A stretch of DNA of 64,000 nucleotides from NCBI GenBank assembly GCA_018304425.1, contig JAGVWE010000002.1:384001-448000 (forward strand), in the 5' to 3' direction. Below, one piece after another: positions 17,175-26,565 of this stretch. Under the pieces are notes generated by a model that saw nothing but the letters and a program-made list of their open reading frames with translations, made no database searches and was not told the origin of the DNA. Each line of letters opens with the position of its first letter. The stretch's first letter is position 1. The position numbers and the translations under genes were made by a program. This stretch comes from Candidatus Iainarchaeum sp. Its GTDB lineage: Archaea; Iainarchaeota; Iainarchaeia; Iainarchaeales; UBA10219.

Positions 17175-18255
17175 CATGGCAGCGGTTTGCCTTTCCATTT
17201 TTCCTTGCGCACACAAGCATATGCAGCCGTTTGGCTGCGGTTTTGGGCTTGGGCGCGGAAACCACAGCCCGGATTACGGCAACCAGGGAAGCACCGCTTG
17301 CCACCACCCGGTTTACGTTTGACCCATCAATGCCTCCGACGGCCACAAACGGGATTTTGAGTCTTTTCCGCACCCGGGAAACCAAACCCAATCCCACCGC
17401 TTTAACCCCTGGCTTTGAAGGGGTTTCAAATACCGGTCCCACACTAAGGTAGTCCGCGCCCTCCGCCACGGCTTTTTGCGCCTGCCGTAGGGAATGCGTG
17501 CTTTTCCCGATTATTTTGTCAAACCCCAGCAAGGCCCGGGCAACCGACACCGGCAAATCCCCTTGCCCCAAATGAACACCATCCGCGTCAACGGCTTTCG
17601 CGACATCTGCCCGGTCATTGACCAGGAACAACGCGTTTTTTTTCCGGCATTGGCGCGCCAAAGCCTTGGCCAGAGCCAAGAGTTTTTTTCCCTTTAACCG
17701 CTTATCCCGCAGCTGGATAATTTCCGCGCCCCCGGCCAGCGAAAGTCGGCAGGCCTCCGCATAATCCAAGTCCTTTCGGAACTGCCGGGCATCCAGCACC
17801 ACGTACAAGGAGGCCCGCCCGAATTTCTGCATTCGCTCAAAGCGGAGGAAACCCGCTGCCAGTTTTTCTTCCACTGAATAAACCCTGAAACGGAGCCGCT
17901 TTAGTTGCCGGCCCGTAGGAGCCGAGCGAAGCTTGGCTGCTTCCTCTAGGCACCGCAGGGCCTCTCCAACCCGGTTAAAGTTGGCCTCCAACAATTCGTC
18001 CCACGCGTGCCGGCTTCCCTCACTAACCAAATAACTCTGGGCGCCTACATCCACGGCACTGGCTCGGGCCAGCAACGCCCGCCGCTCGAAACAAACCCGT
18101 GAAGCTACCCGAGTCAGCTGATGTCGTAACTGCTTCAACACCAGCGTAGCCTTTTCCTCTTTAAGCACAAAACGTGCAAAGTCCTCAATGACCCGCAACC
18201 CCTCCCGTGCACGGTTGAGGTTTGCGTCCCAGAAACACAGAAATTCAGGGCCCAT
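17158..18255 (-). CDS. thiE: Thiamine-phosphate synthase with N-terminal ThiD2-like extension
   Basis: DANLNRAREGLRVIED N-domain; QLRDK, NDR, HLGQGD, STH. Confidence 0.9.
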   Translation of the reverse strand: MGPEFLCFWDANLNRAREGLRVIEDFARFVLKEEKATLVLKQLRHQLTRVASRVCFERRALLARASAVDVGAQSYLVSEGSRHAWDELLEANFNRVGEALRCLEEAAKLRSAPTGRQLKRLRFRVYSVEEKLAAGFLRFERMQKFGRASLYVVLDARQFRKDLDYAEACRLSLAGGAEIIQLRDKRLKGKKLLALAKALARQCRKKNALFLVNDRADVAKAVDADGVHLGQGDLPVSVARALLGFDKIIGKSTHSLRQAQKAVAEGADYLSVGPVFETPSKPGVKAVGLGLVSRVRKRLKIPFVAVGGIDGSNVNRVVASGASLVAVIRAVVSAPKPKTAAKRLHMLVCARKNGKANRCHVSGAG

Positions 18256-18463
18256 ATCAAAGCCGTGAAACAAAGTTATTTAAAGTTAAGACCGGCAAAT
18301 ATATGGTCGTGGTCTTGTGAAATGGGACTCCTTCGTCAAGGTAGTGGAAAGCCTTTCCAGGGATGTAACAGCCAGGGCGCAGGTACCAGCGAATCCGCGC
18401 ATGGCCCAGCTCGCCCTGGTGCAAGGCCCTACGAAGTGACCTTATCGTGAGCCTGCGAGCCGT

Positions 18464-19267
18464 TCACCGAATAGTGGCCGAATAAATCTCCGCCCCACCC
18501 GCGGTCACCTTCCGGTAAATGCGTTCAACCAGGAAACCGGTTTTCAGAATCTGGGCGCCCGTTGAGTCGACGAACAGGCGTTCATCCTCCCCTTCACGGA
18601 ATTGCCGGCTGGAAACTTGGCTGCCCGCTTCATCCAATAAATCGAGCGTGATGGCAAAGCGTCCATCGCTGGTAGTGTATCCCTCGCCTACCACCAATTT
18701 GAACCGCTTTCCCTCAAAAGAACCACGTCCCTCGAAGGGAAAGTCGCGGGCACGGGCTTGTTGTGCTGTTGCTAGGGCTTCCTGGCGTTGGCGTTCAGCC
18801 GCAAGTGCACTGGCACGGTTTTTTGCTTCGGGTCCCGCAACGGCGTAAACCGTGTAGGTATTGGGCGCGCGTTCCTCGATCCTGGCAGCCAGGGCCCCAT
18901 CAATGTAAACCTTGTGGAGGAGGGACAGCAAAACCTGGGAATCCCGGTAGGGGCCGGTTACCTGCACACCCCCCAAGAAACCAGCCGCATCGGTTTCCCC
19001 TGCAAAGACCAGGGTTTCCGGACAGGGCTGGCCCGTTTCACAACCCGGCTTTTTTTTGACTTCCACGCGCGCCCCCGGCAAGGGCCGGGCCGCTGCATCC
19101 AACACCTCAAAACGCAAAGAAAAGGTCTGTTCAGGGGCAGGCCCCGCGTTTGGGGTCGAGGCTTCCAATGGCAAGGCCGTGTCAGCTGTTGGTTGGAGTG
19201 GTAGTTGGCACCCGGCAAGCAAAACACTGAAAGCAAGCGCCCACCCGACAAGCATCCAGCGAGTCAT
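18464..19267 (-). CDS. Putative lipoprotein
   Basis: Lipobox VLLAGC; ATGA coupling to the upstream MgtC gene. Confidence 0.7.
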   Translation of the reverse strand: MTRWMLVGWALAFSVLLAGCQLPLQPTADTALPLEASTPNAGPAPEQTFSLRFEVLDAAARPLPGARVEVKKKPGCETGQPCPETLVFAGETDAAGFLGGVQVTGPYRDSQVLLSLLHKVYIDGALAARIEERAPNTYTVYAVAGPEAKNRASALAAERQRQEALATAQQARARDFPFEGRGSFEGKRFKLVVGEGYTTSDGRFAITLDLLDEAGSQVSSRQFREGEDERLFVDSTGAQILKTGFLVERIYRKVTAGGAEIYSATIR

Positions 19268-19713
19268 GGTTTCCGCTCGCCCTTCAAGAAAGAAGTAATC
19301 AGGGTACTTGCCCATTTGCCGAAGGTGAGGACCAGCAAGACAAGGACCGTGGAAGCAAGGGCCGCATACAAGAAACCCGTTCCAACGGCCAAGCCAATCG
19401 CGGCCACCACCCACAAATCAGCCGCCGTGGTGAGGCCGGACACATGGTCGTGGGAACGGAAGATGCTGCCTGCCCCGAGAAAACCGATTCCAAGCACGAC
19501 ATTGGCAGCTATCCTGCCAACATCGGCTTCAAGCGGCAGGGAAAGGGATATGAGGGTGAATAGAGTGGAGCCGAGGCAGACCAGTGCATGGGTTCGCATG
19601 CCCGCCGGCTTCCCATGGAGTTCCCGGTGGAGTCCAATGATTCCTCCCAGGGCCACGGCCAGCAGAAGCCTGAACAACACCACGTCTTCCGGGAAAAAGT
19701 TCATGTAATCCAT
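19264..19713 (-). CDS. MgtC/SapB family membrane protein
   Basis: AGMRTH, GIGFLGAG, GLTTAA. Confidence 0.9.
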   Translation of the reverse strand: MDYMNFFPEDVVLFRLLLAVALGGIIGLHRELHGKPAGMRTHALVCLGSTLFTLISLSLPLEADVGRIAANVVLGIGFLGAGSIFRSHDHVSGLTTAADLWVVAAIGLAVGTGFLYAALASTVLVLLVLTFGKWASTLITSFLKGERKP

Positions 19714-19882
19714 GCACTAAGGTGTTTTTTCTTAATAAATTTTCCTGCTCCCAAAAACGTGGGGTTCGCTTTCTGAAGCCCAAACGCTTTTAATAGGTTT
19801 GCTGTAGGAATATAGCGAGAGAGCCGCTTAAAGTGCCTTAAATTGGCTTATACGAGGCCTTTAGAGATTTTAGGGGAAGCAC

Positions 19883-20926
19883 ATGGACGAGGAAACAGAA
19901 GCCATCATAAAGGACTCCAAGGCAACGGAAGAGGATACCAACGACGAGGCCAACGAGGAAGTGGCTGCAGAGCTTCCGGAAGAGCAGGCGGTTGACCCGG
20001 TGCAGCCGGAAAAACCGGTAGCCAAGCAAACGGGGTCCATTCTGGACTTTGGAAAGGGCAGTAACCTCTTCAACCAGAAAGAATTTTCAGAGGTGCGCGA
20101 AACCCTCCAGCACATTAAAGAATTGCTTGAAATAGAGCGCGAAGCCGAAAGAAAAATGTTGGCTGACCTCACTGACCTCCTTGAACGCGAGCGGGCTGCC
20201 AAAAAGGCCAAGGAGACCCGGCTTCGGACGCACCTTCAGAAAATAAATTCAAAAGTAATGGACATTAGCACGCAGACCGTTGAAAAAGAAGGGCAATTGA
20301 AGAAGGAAATAGACACCTTGCAGATATCCATTCGTGCCATCCAGCAGAATTTGAGCGCCTTTGGCCTGGTCGCCGCCAAGCCAAAAGCAGACCAGCCGCA
20401 GTCAACCGATTCCAGGCCAAGCCTCATCGACAAGAAGGAATTGGAGGGCATCATCAATACGCTTACGGACATCAAGCGGTTGCTGGACGAGGAAAGGGAG
20501 CGGGAAAAGCAGCTTGAAACAGACCTCGACGCAGTTATCGGCCGCCGCGAAGACACCAAACGGAGCAAGGAAGAACGGTTCAAGGAACACGCCCAAGCCA
20601 TTGCCCAGCGGATTGCCAAGATAACCCAGCAAACCGTTGAAAAGGAGGCCAAACTCAAGCGGGAAACCGGGATCCTCCAGACTTCCATCAAACTCATTCG
20701 AGACAAGCTGCCCATGCAAGAAGAGGGTCCAGCCCTACTTCACGAGGCTGAGGAATCCGTTTCCACCCAGGAAGAGGTGCCCCAGCAAAACTTCGAGCCA
20801 CTGCCATCCGAGTCCATGGTTCAGTTTGAGGAAGAAGACAGTGGAGGCGAAAACGCCGGGGACGAGCGGAAAGGCAAGAAGCGGAAGTTTGGCAAGGGCT
20901 TTTACATGTTTGGAAAGGGAAAATAG
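19883..20926 (+). CDS. Acidic coiled-coil protein with an internal duplication
   Basis: Two ~94-aa repeats, both containing QTVEKE; basic/aromatic C-terminal tail. Confidence 0.8.
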   Translation: MDEETEAIIKDSKATEEDTNDEANEEVAAELPEEQAVDPVQPEKPVAKQTGSILDFGKGSNLFNQKEFSEVRETLQHIKELLEIEREAERKMLADLTDLLERERAAKKAKETRLRTHLQKINSKVMDISTQTVEKEGQLKKEIDTLQISIRAIQQNLSAFGLVAAKPKADQPQSTDSRPSLIDKKELEGIINTLTDIKRLLDEEREREKQLETDLDAVIGRREDTKRSKEERFKEHAQAIAQRIAKITQQTVEKEAKLKRETGILQTSIKLIRDKLPMQEEGPALLHEAEESVSTQEEVPQQNFEPLPSESMVQFEEEDSGGENAGDERKGKKRKFGKGFYMFGKGK

Positions 20927-20997
20927 CGGCAACACACCCTTTTAAACTCTTTTTTCTTTCTATCTCATCGGATTTCCCGGACAAGCTAGGGGAGAAC

Positions 20998-21369
20998 ATG
21001 CCGCTCGCATCCAAACTGTTCAAGCTATTCTTCTTGGTAGCCGTTATACTCGTCGTAATCGGCCTTGCCCTGCCCACGCTTAAAGAGCAACTCAGCATCC
21101 AAGGCAACTCCGTCGACGTCAAATTACGCGTACCCTTTACCACACAGGCCCTTGAACTGAACAAGGTGCCGGTGGATGCGACCACCCAGCAAGACGCCCT
21201 GTTCGTGGGCAGCGGGTTGCTGGCCATTCTGGTGCTTTGGAAGTTCATCAGCCTGAACCCCCTGCATTTGCTTACCGACATGCGTAAAAAGAAGGAAATT
21301 CATTCAGAACTCAGGAAAATGGACTCAACCCTCGAAGAAATAAAGCGGCTGGGCCAGGGCTTTGATTAA
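20998..21369 (+). CDS. Two-TM membrane protein with a C-terminal coiled coil
   Basis: Two hydrophobic helices; GGGGAG RBS. Confidence 0.75.
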   Translation: MPLASKLFKLFFLVAVILVVIGLALPTLKEQLSIQGNSVDVKLRVPFTTQALELNKVPVDATTQQDALFVGSGLLAILVLWKFISLNPLHLLTDMRKKKEIHSELRKMDSTLEEIKRLGQGFD

Positions 21370-21414
21370 CGAAAAGCCAAGGGTTTTTAAGGAAAACCAG
21401 CCCATTATACGCCT

Positions 21415-22461
21415 ATGCGGCCAGCCCTTCTCGCCTGCCTGTTATTTCTCCTCCTGCTGAATGGTTGTGCCCAGGAAAAAAAGGATCTCGCGCCGGCCGT
21501 GGTCACGCCAACCCCCCAAACAGCCACGGAAACACCAGTCCCTGCACCAGAAGAGCTTCCTACCCTGCCAGCCGAAGAAGTGCCGGAGATGGAACCAGCC
21601 AAGGATGCATTCGAAGCCGAACTGAGGTACAACACCTCAATTCCCTCCTTCAGCAAGGCAAAAGTTCGCGGCATCATCGACAAGAGTGCGCCAGCCGTGG
21701 TCAAGCAGACCCTATTCGTGGAAGGCCTTCCACGGTTGAGTGGCAGGAACGTATTTGAAACCAGCCACAAAGATGGCGTGGACTTCGATTATTATTCTGC
21801 CTGGTTGGTGGACGAGTCAGGCAAGCATGCACCCACCCACGTTGATGATTTCAATCCATTTTCTTCCGGTGAAACCAAGGAAGAAACCCTGTTCAACCGT
21901 TCAGACCTTCCCCCTGGCAGCCTGTTCGAGAAAGACTACAAGAAAATCATTTTGACGGTGGAAGCCAACCAAAAAGAGGAAATTCCCGCCTCCAGCGGCG
22001 TCATTCTCTATGCGGCTTTCTTCAACCACAAACTGGACCCCGATAACCTCCAATTCAAGTACAATTCCATGTACCCCGACTTTAGTGCGGCAACTGCCCG
22101 CCTGGCCTTTAATCCAGCCCCCGAAGGGTTAGCGGTTAATGGCCAGTTCACCGGCCTGCCGCGGTTGGAGGAAGTGGATGACCCCGTCATTGAAGGAAAC
22201 CCAGCGGGGCTGGACTTTGACTACTACGCCGTTTGGCTGGTGGCTTCGGACGGCAAAAATCAACCCGTGCTGGCCGGCAAATTCAACGCGGAACCCAGCG
22301 GGGCAACGGATTTCTCCGTTTCCCTCAAACCCGTGGCCTTCAAGGGAACGGACTTCAAGTTCTACGACAAAGCCTATATCTCCGTCGAAGTAAATGGGGT
22401 AGTACCCAAGAAACCAGGCAAGTGGGTCATTTACACAGGAGAAATAAAACCAGCTACGTGA
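21415..22461 (+). CDS. Lipoprotein with two repeated domains resembling the RskA C-terminal domain
   Basis: LLNGC lipobox; GLPRL..DFDYY..WLV..F..(T/S)VE present twice. Confidence 0.7.
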   Translation: MRPALLACLLFLLLLNGCAQEKKDLAPAVVTPTPQTATETPVPAPEELPTLPAEEVPEMEPAKDAFEAELRYNTSIPSFSKAKVRGIIDKSAPAVVKQTLFVEGLPRLSGRNVFETSHKDGVDFDYYSAWLVDESGKHAPTHVDDFNPFSSGETKEETLFNRSDLPPGSLFEKDYKKIILTVEANQKEEIPASSGVILYAAFFNHKLDPDNLQFKYNSMYPDFSAATARLAFNPAPEGLAVNGQFTGLPRLEEVDDPVIEGNPAGLDFDYYAVWLVASDGKNQPVLAGKFNAEPSGATDFSVSLKPVAFKGTDFKFYDKAYISVEVNGVVPKKPGKWVIYTGEIKPAT

Positions 22462-22475
22462 ATGACTTGGCTCGG

Positions 22476-23882
22476 CTAATTACTTCCCTGCTGGCTTGCA
22501 TAGTATTCCGTGAAGTTGCCCCTGCAACTGGCCGCCCCATTCAAGAAGGTTGCTGGGAACAAGGCAAAGAACCGGCTCACTTCCGCTGCACAGGCCGCCC
22601 CCTTTAACACGCTTCCCTGCCTGAGTTTTCCAGGCACTTCAGGTACCCCCGTGTCCAGGGCCTCGCAAGTAGTAATATAACCAACCCTTGGATCCAAGTC
22701 CTTGCCGTTCAATTTCTTGGGCCACACCTCAAACCGGCAATTACCCTTGTCCAAGTCAAGCAAAGTATATGCGAAGACATCCTGCCCCTTGTTGGAAGTA
22801 ACCACGGCGCCGAGCTTGGCGCATTCATTGTATCCAGCACAAAAGCAGTCTGCAGCGGTGTTCGACGCATTGGCATCGGCGTTGAGTGCCCCGCAATTGC
22901 TCCCCTGGGTAAAGTCATGCTCGCATTGCTTGGGTGTTCCTATGCACAGGTCAAGCGTGTAGGCAAGCCCATCATCACAGTTATGGTCCACTAGGCAGAG
23001 GTTTTTCTTAGGGCAGTCATCGTCCGTCGTGAAATCACAGGAAGGAGGGCAGAAGCCATCTGCGTTCTCGCAAGTGCAATCCGTGTCACTGGATTCATCG
23101 CAGCTCTTCAGGCAAACCCCGTCCCCGTTCTTGCACTCGGTTACTAGCAGGTTCTTGCACCGCTTCGGGTGCCCATCGCACTCGTCAATGGTTTCCGGTT
23201 TGCCATCCTTGCAATCCGCGTTTTCAATGCACTGGTCCTGGCAATCGGAGTCAACCGTGGCATCACAGGTCTTCGGGCACACGCCGTCCGCATCCACGCA
23301 GTTTTTGATGGTCTTGTGGCTGCAGTGGAGGGGTTCCCCAACACAGGAATCAATGGTTTCAAGGCTGTCATCGTCGCAGTCAGAATCCGTCTTACAGGTC
23401 TCAGCCTCCGGGGGGAGGTTCTTGCAGTCGCTGTCACTGATGGCATTACAGCCCTGCGGGCACAGGGCATCCCCCGAAATACAGCCGGTAACGGCGCCGT
23501 TAACGCATTTCTTGGGCGAGCCCGTGCATTCGTCCTTGGTTTCGGGTTTGTTGTCGTTGCACTCCGCATTCGACTTGCATTCATCGGCGTCGCAGTCAGT
23601 GTCTCCGCTGCCCCTGCAGATAACAGGGCAGAAGCCATCCGATGAAATGCATTCAACGATCGCTTGGTGCTCGCATTTGCCGTCAAAATTGCAGGTGTCC
23701 TTGGTGGAGGCCTGGTTGTCCTTGCAATCCGTGTCAGTTACGCACTCCGCCTGAGCCGTTACCCCTTCCTTTTCACCGCCTACCAGTTCATCTGCTCGTT
23801 GCTTGGCCGCGTTGTTCTGCTGGCAGCCACTCAAAGCAATCAAGGCAATCAGAATAATAGCAACAAGGTAGGCGGGGCGCAC
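22476..23882 (-). CDS. Cys/Asp-rich repeat surface lipoprotein
   Basis: LSGC lipobox; repeated CxxxxxCxDxxxxTxDxC and DGxCPxxCxxxxDxDC units. Confidence 0.85.
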   Translation of the reverse strand: MRPAYLVAIILIALIALSGCQQNNAAKQRADELVGGEKEGVTAQAECVTDTDCKDNQASTKDTCNFDGKCEHQAIVECISSDGFCPVICRGSGDTDCDADECKSNAECNDNKPETKDECTGSPKKCVNGAVTGCISGDALCPQGCNAISDSDCKNLPPEAETCKTDSDCDDDSLETIDSCVGEPLHCSHKTIKNCVDADGVCPKTCDATVDSDCQDQCIENADCKDGKPETIDECDGHPKRCKNLLVTECKNGDGVCLKSCDESSDTDCTCENADGFCPPSCDFTTDDDCPKKNLCLVDHNCDDGLAYTLDLCIGTPKQCEHDFTQGSNCGALNADANASNTAADCFCAGYNECAKLGAVVTSNKGQDVFAYTLLDLDKGNCRFEVWPKKLNGKDLDPRVGYITTCEALDTGVPEVPGKLRQGSVLKGAACAAEVSRFFALFPATFLNGAASCRGNFTEYYASQQGSN

Positions 23883-23972
23883 GCAAAAATAGCCTTAGCA
23901 CCCTCTTTTAAGCATATTCGGCGAAAAACAGGAAAAGCGTGGCGAATGCCACGCACTCGACAAGACCCCAGC

Positions 23973-24032
23973 TTACTGGCCACCCTTCTTCTTCTTTTTC
24001 ATGGAACTGCTACAACCACAGGAACCACACAC
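23973..24032 (-). CDS. Candidate 19-aa microprotein MCGSCGCSSSMKKKKKGGQ
   Basis: GGGGGTGA RBS 5 nt before GTG; TATA-like TTAAAAA about 50 nt upstream; CxxCGC motif. Confidence 0.55.
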   Translation of the reverse strand: MCGSCGCSSSMKKKKKGGQ

Positions 24033-24132
24033 GGATTTCACCCCCTACACAATTGTTTTTACTATTTTGTATTTTCAAACAATTTTTAAGGCAATGGCCA
24101 GGCGTTTGTATCTGCAGCGTGCATGGAGCGAG

Positions 24133-25086
24133 GTGCATATTTTGCAGGTTTTAATGCTTGGCAAATCGGCTCGTGGGGGGATTTATTACTATGCGACTGC
24201 CTTGGAGCAAGCGCTGAGCAGATTGGGCATCCAGGTGTCAAGCGATTGGCCGCGCTTGCCCCAGGCGGACCTTGTTCATTACCATTACGATGCCTTGTTT
24301 CCCCTCAGTCGGTTCAAGCTGCTCGGTTTCCTGGTTTTGGCAAGGATTCTTGGCAAACCGGTTGTTGTTACCGCGCACAATCCGATCGCAAGGGGCACCA
24401 AAAGCCCGTTAAAATACTTGTTTTACTGGATCGCCAACAGGATCATCGTCCACGACGAAATGGAGTGGGAGTTTTCGCCTAAAACGGTTGTAATTCCCTA
24501 CGGCAACAGTTGCTTTTACCTTGATTTTCCAACAAGGCTTTCGAGACAGGAACTGAAAAAAAAGTGGGCAACCGGCAGCAAGTACGTTCTTCTGTGTTAT
24601 GGAACGCTTCGCATAACCAAGAACTACCCCCTTGCCTTGGGCATAGTTAAAGCGCTGCGCGAGTCCGGGATTGATGCGGACTTAGTCATCGCAGGCAACC
24701 CGACCAATGCAAGCCTCAAACAGTGTGGTTTGGAAGACCTGCCACCCTATGCAAGGCTTTTCGCGAAGTATATAGCGGAACCAGAGACCAACGAGTTGTT
24801 CACGCTTGCAGACGCCGTGTTGCTGACGAACTCGGAGCACAACCATTCAGCCGTTCCACACATTGCCTACTGTTTTAGGAAACCCGTTGTTGCGTCCCAG
24901 TGCTTAGCCCACCAGACGAGGTTTTCAGTTGGCTCCATCGACGAATGCGTTTCCATTCTTACCAAAATACTCAAGAGCCCCCCTTCAATGGAGGAAGAGC
25001 ATTCCAGGGAATTAGTGGATTTCAGCTGGGAAAAAATCGCCAGGTCAACCACCGGGCTCTATGCATCTCTTATTGGGAAAAAATAA
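24133..25086 (+). CDS. Divergent GT-B glycosyltransferase (GT4-like); start uncertain
   Basis: GGIYYY, VVTAHN, YGTLRITKN, KPVVAS, FSWEKIA. Confidence 0.75.
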   Translation: MHILQVLMLGKSARGGIYYYATALEQALSRLGIQVSSDWPRLPQADLVHYHYDALFPLSRFKLLGFLVLARILGKPVVVTAHNPIARGTKSPLKYLFYWIANRIIVHDEMEWEFSPKTVVIPYGNSCFYLDFPTRLSRQELKKKWATGSKYVLLCYGTLRITKNYPLALGIVKALRESGIDADLVIAGNPTNASLKQCGLEDLPPYARLFAKYIAEPETNELFTLADAVLLTNSEHNHSAVPHIAYCFRKPVVASQCLAHQTRFSVGSIDECVSILTKILKSPPSMEEEHSRELVDFSWEKIARSTTGLYASLIGKK

Positions 25087-25232
25087 ACCCCTTGCCGGAG
25101 GCGTGCTTAGTTGATACCATGGAGGGAGGCAAAGCGATAAGAATATACATAACTTGTAGGTTGAAACAGCTGCACCCCACTTTGCAAAGGCTTCCTTGTA
25201 ATAGGATCCCGCGCTTTTTTGGGTGCTGCCCT

Positions 25233-25826
25233 TTATTGCCAGCTCACCTCAACTTCCTTGACTCCAATTATTATCCGTTCGTCCCGCCGGTAATCCATGG
25301 TTTTGGCCGTGTATTTGAGTTTGTGGTGGTCGCGGCCGAATTCGTAGAGCTTTCGAGTCATCTCGACGTCGTTGATGCAATAGTCAATGACCTGCTGGCG
25401 CTTCCCGGTGCGCCACATGAAAGGCACACTGCGGCTGTCCTCGGTCTTCTCCTCACCCAGGTTGAGTTTGGCCAGATCATTGAGGGCCACGCGCTGGCTG
25501 GTTTTTTTCTCTATTTCGAACAGCATGTCCAGGGTCTTCGTGTTCAGGAGGTTGGCCACCGGCTGCTTGACCGCGCCCTGCAACACGGAGTAGTCAAAGG
25601 AGAACAGGTTGTGTCCCACCACCAAGTCACAGGACTGCAAAAGGTCAAACAGTTCTTTGGCCTGTTCCTTGAGGAAAACCCGGCAAGGCTCTTCGTTCAC
25701 CTTCACGCAGGCACAGGCAATGGATAGCCTTGAGGGGTCCCGGGACCACTTGCTTTCCATGCCCAGGTCCTCGAAGAGTTGCTCGGTCTCCAAGTCGAAA
25801 AAGGCGATTTTGCATTCCCCCACCAT
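25233..25826 (-). CDS. RNase H-like DEDDy 3'-5' exonuclease (YprB/RNase_H_2-like)
   Basis: FFDLETE, VGHNLFSFD, YCINDV. Confidence 0.85.
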   Translation of the reverse strand: MVGECKIAFFDLETEQLFEDLGMESKWSRDPSRLSIACACVKVNEEPCRVFLKEQAKELFDLLQSCDLVVGHNLFSFDYSVLQGAVKQPVANLLNTKTLDMLFEIEKKTSQRVALNDLAKLNLGEEKTEDSRSVPFMWRTGKRQQVIDYCINDVEMTRKLYEFGRDHHKLKYTAKTMDYRRDERIIIGVKEVEVSWQ

Positions 25827-26009
25827 GATGGAATTCCCCTGCAAAAGGGATTTAAACCGTGTCCGCACGCTTATGGCGGGTGGCTTAAGGGCGGCGATAG
25901 GTTGGTGCGGCGGTCGACAACTATGGGCCTACCCACACAGCTACATAACCTGTTCCTATTAGACTCTGATAAGGCAAGGTTTATTAGTCGGGAAGGCCAC
26001 GATTTTTGC

Positions 26010-26483
26010 ATGGTTTCGAATAGGCGAAGGGTGGGCCGGACCACACGGCGGGGCAGCGTCGCCCCTTCCTCGATAGGCCCTCACCGGTTCACCGCCCGCA
26101 CCTTGCGGCGCCCGGTCGGCGGGAACGAGGCGTTGAAGAACAAGACCTATCGGAAACTTAGCGGGGTTTCCAAGGCAGCCGCGGACCGGTTCTTAACGGC
26201 TACGCGCACGATAGACCGTTCTTTCGCCCTGGTCAATCCCTTGTACCCGGGTATCAACCGCGCCTGGTGCAGGGCAATCGCCTATTCGACCGTAGCCAAC
26301 TTGCTCGTCTCCCTGGTCCGTAGCCCCAAGGACCTGACCTTGATGACTCCACTGGTGTTCGAGATGCCGAACGGCAGACACGTCGGGGTCAGGCTGACCG
26401 TTTCCGGGCGGCTTCCGGCCCCGGAGTTCGACGTGCAAATCGGGGAAGTCGGACCGGACCAGCCGGGCGGGGTGCACGCCTGA
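26010..26483 (+). CDS. Hypothetical protein with Arg-rich N-terminus (paralog A)
   Basis: TATA-like element upstream; C-terminal half aligns with the next ORF. Confidence 0.65.
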   Translation: MVSNRRRVGRTTRRGSVAPSSIGPHRFTARTLRRPVGGNEALKNKTYRKLSGVSKAAADRFLTATRTIDRSFALVNPLYPGINRAWCRAIAYSTVANLLVSLVRSPKDLTLMTPLVFEMPNGRHVGVRLTVSGRLPAPEFDVQIGEVGPDQPGGVHA

Positions 26484-26565
26484 CAACAAGACACACGAAA
26501 TTCAAAGAGATTTTTTCCTTCGGTGAGCCGTCACTCTTATTAAGCTAGGGCGCATTAATTCTGAT

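Noticed and set aside
18317-18439. Possible 40-aa ORF MKWDSFVKVVESLSRD...
   Set aside because: It has a TATA-like element upstream but a weak RBS and no motif, so support is too thin to call
16290-18460. TPP riboswitch near thi4/thiE
   Set aside because: No CTGAGA or CCTGA..GATAAT-type core upstream of either gene
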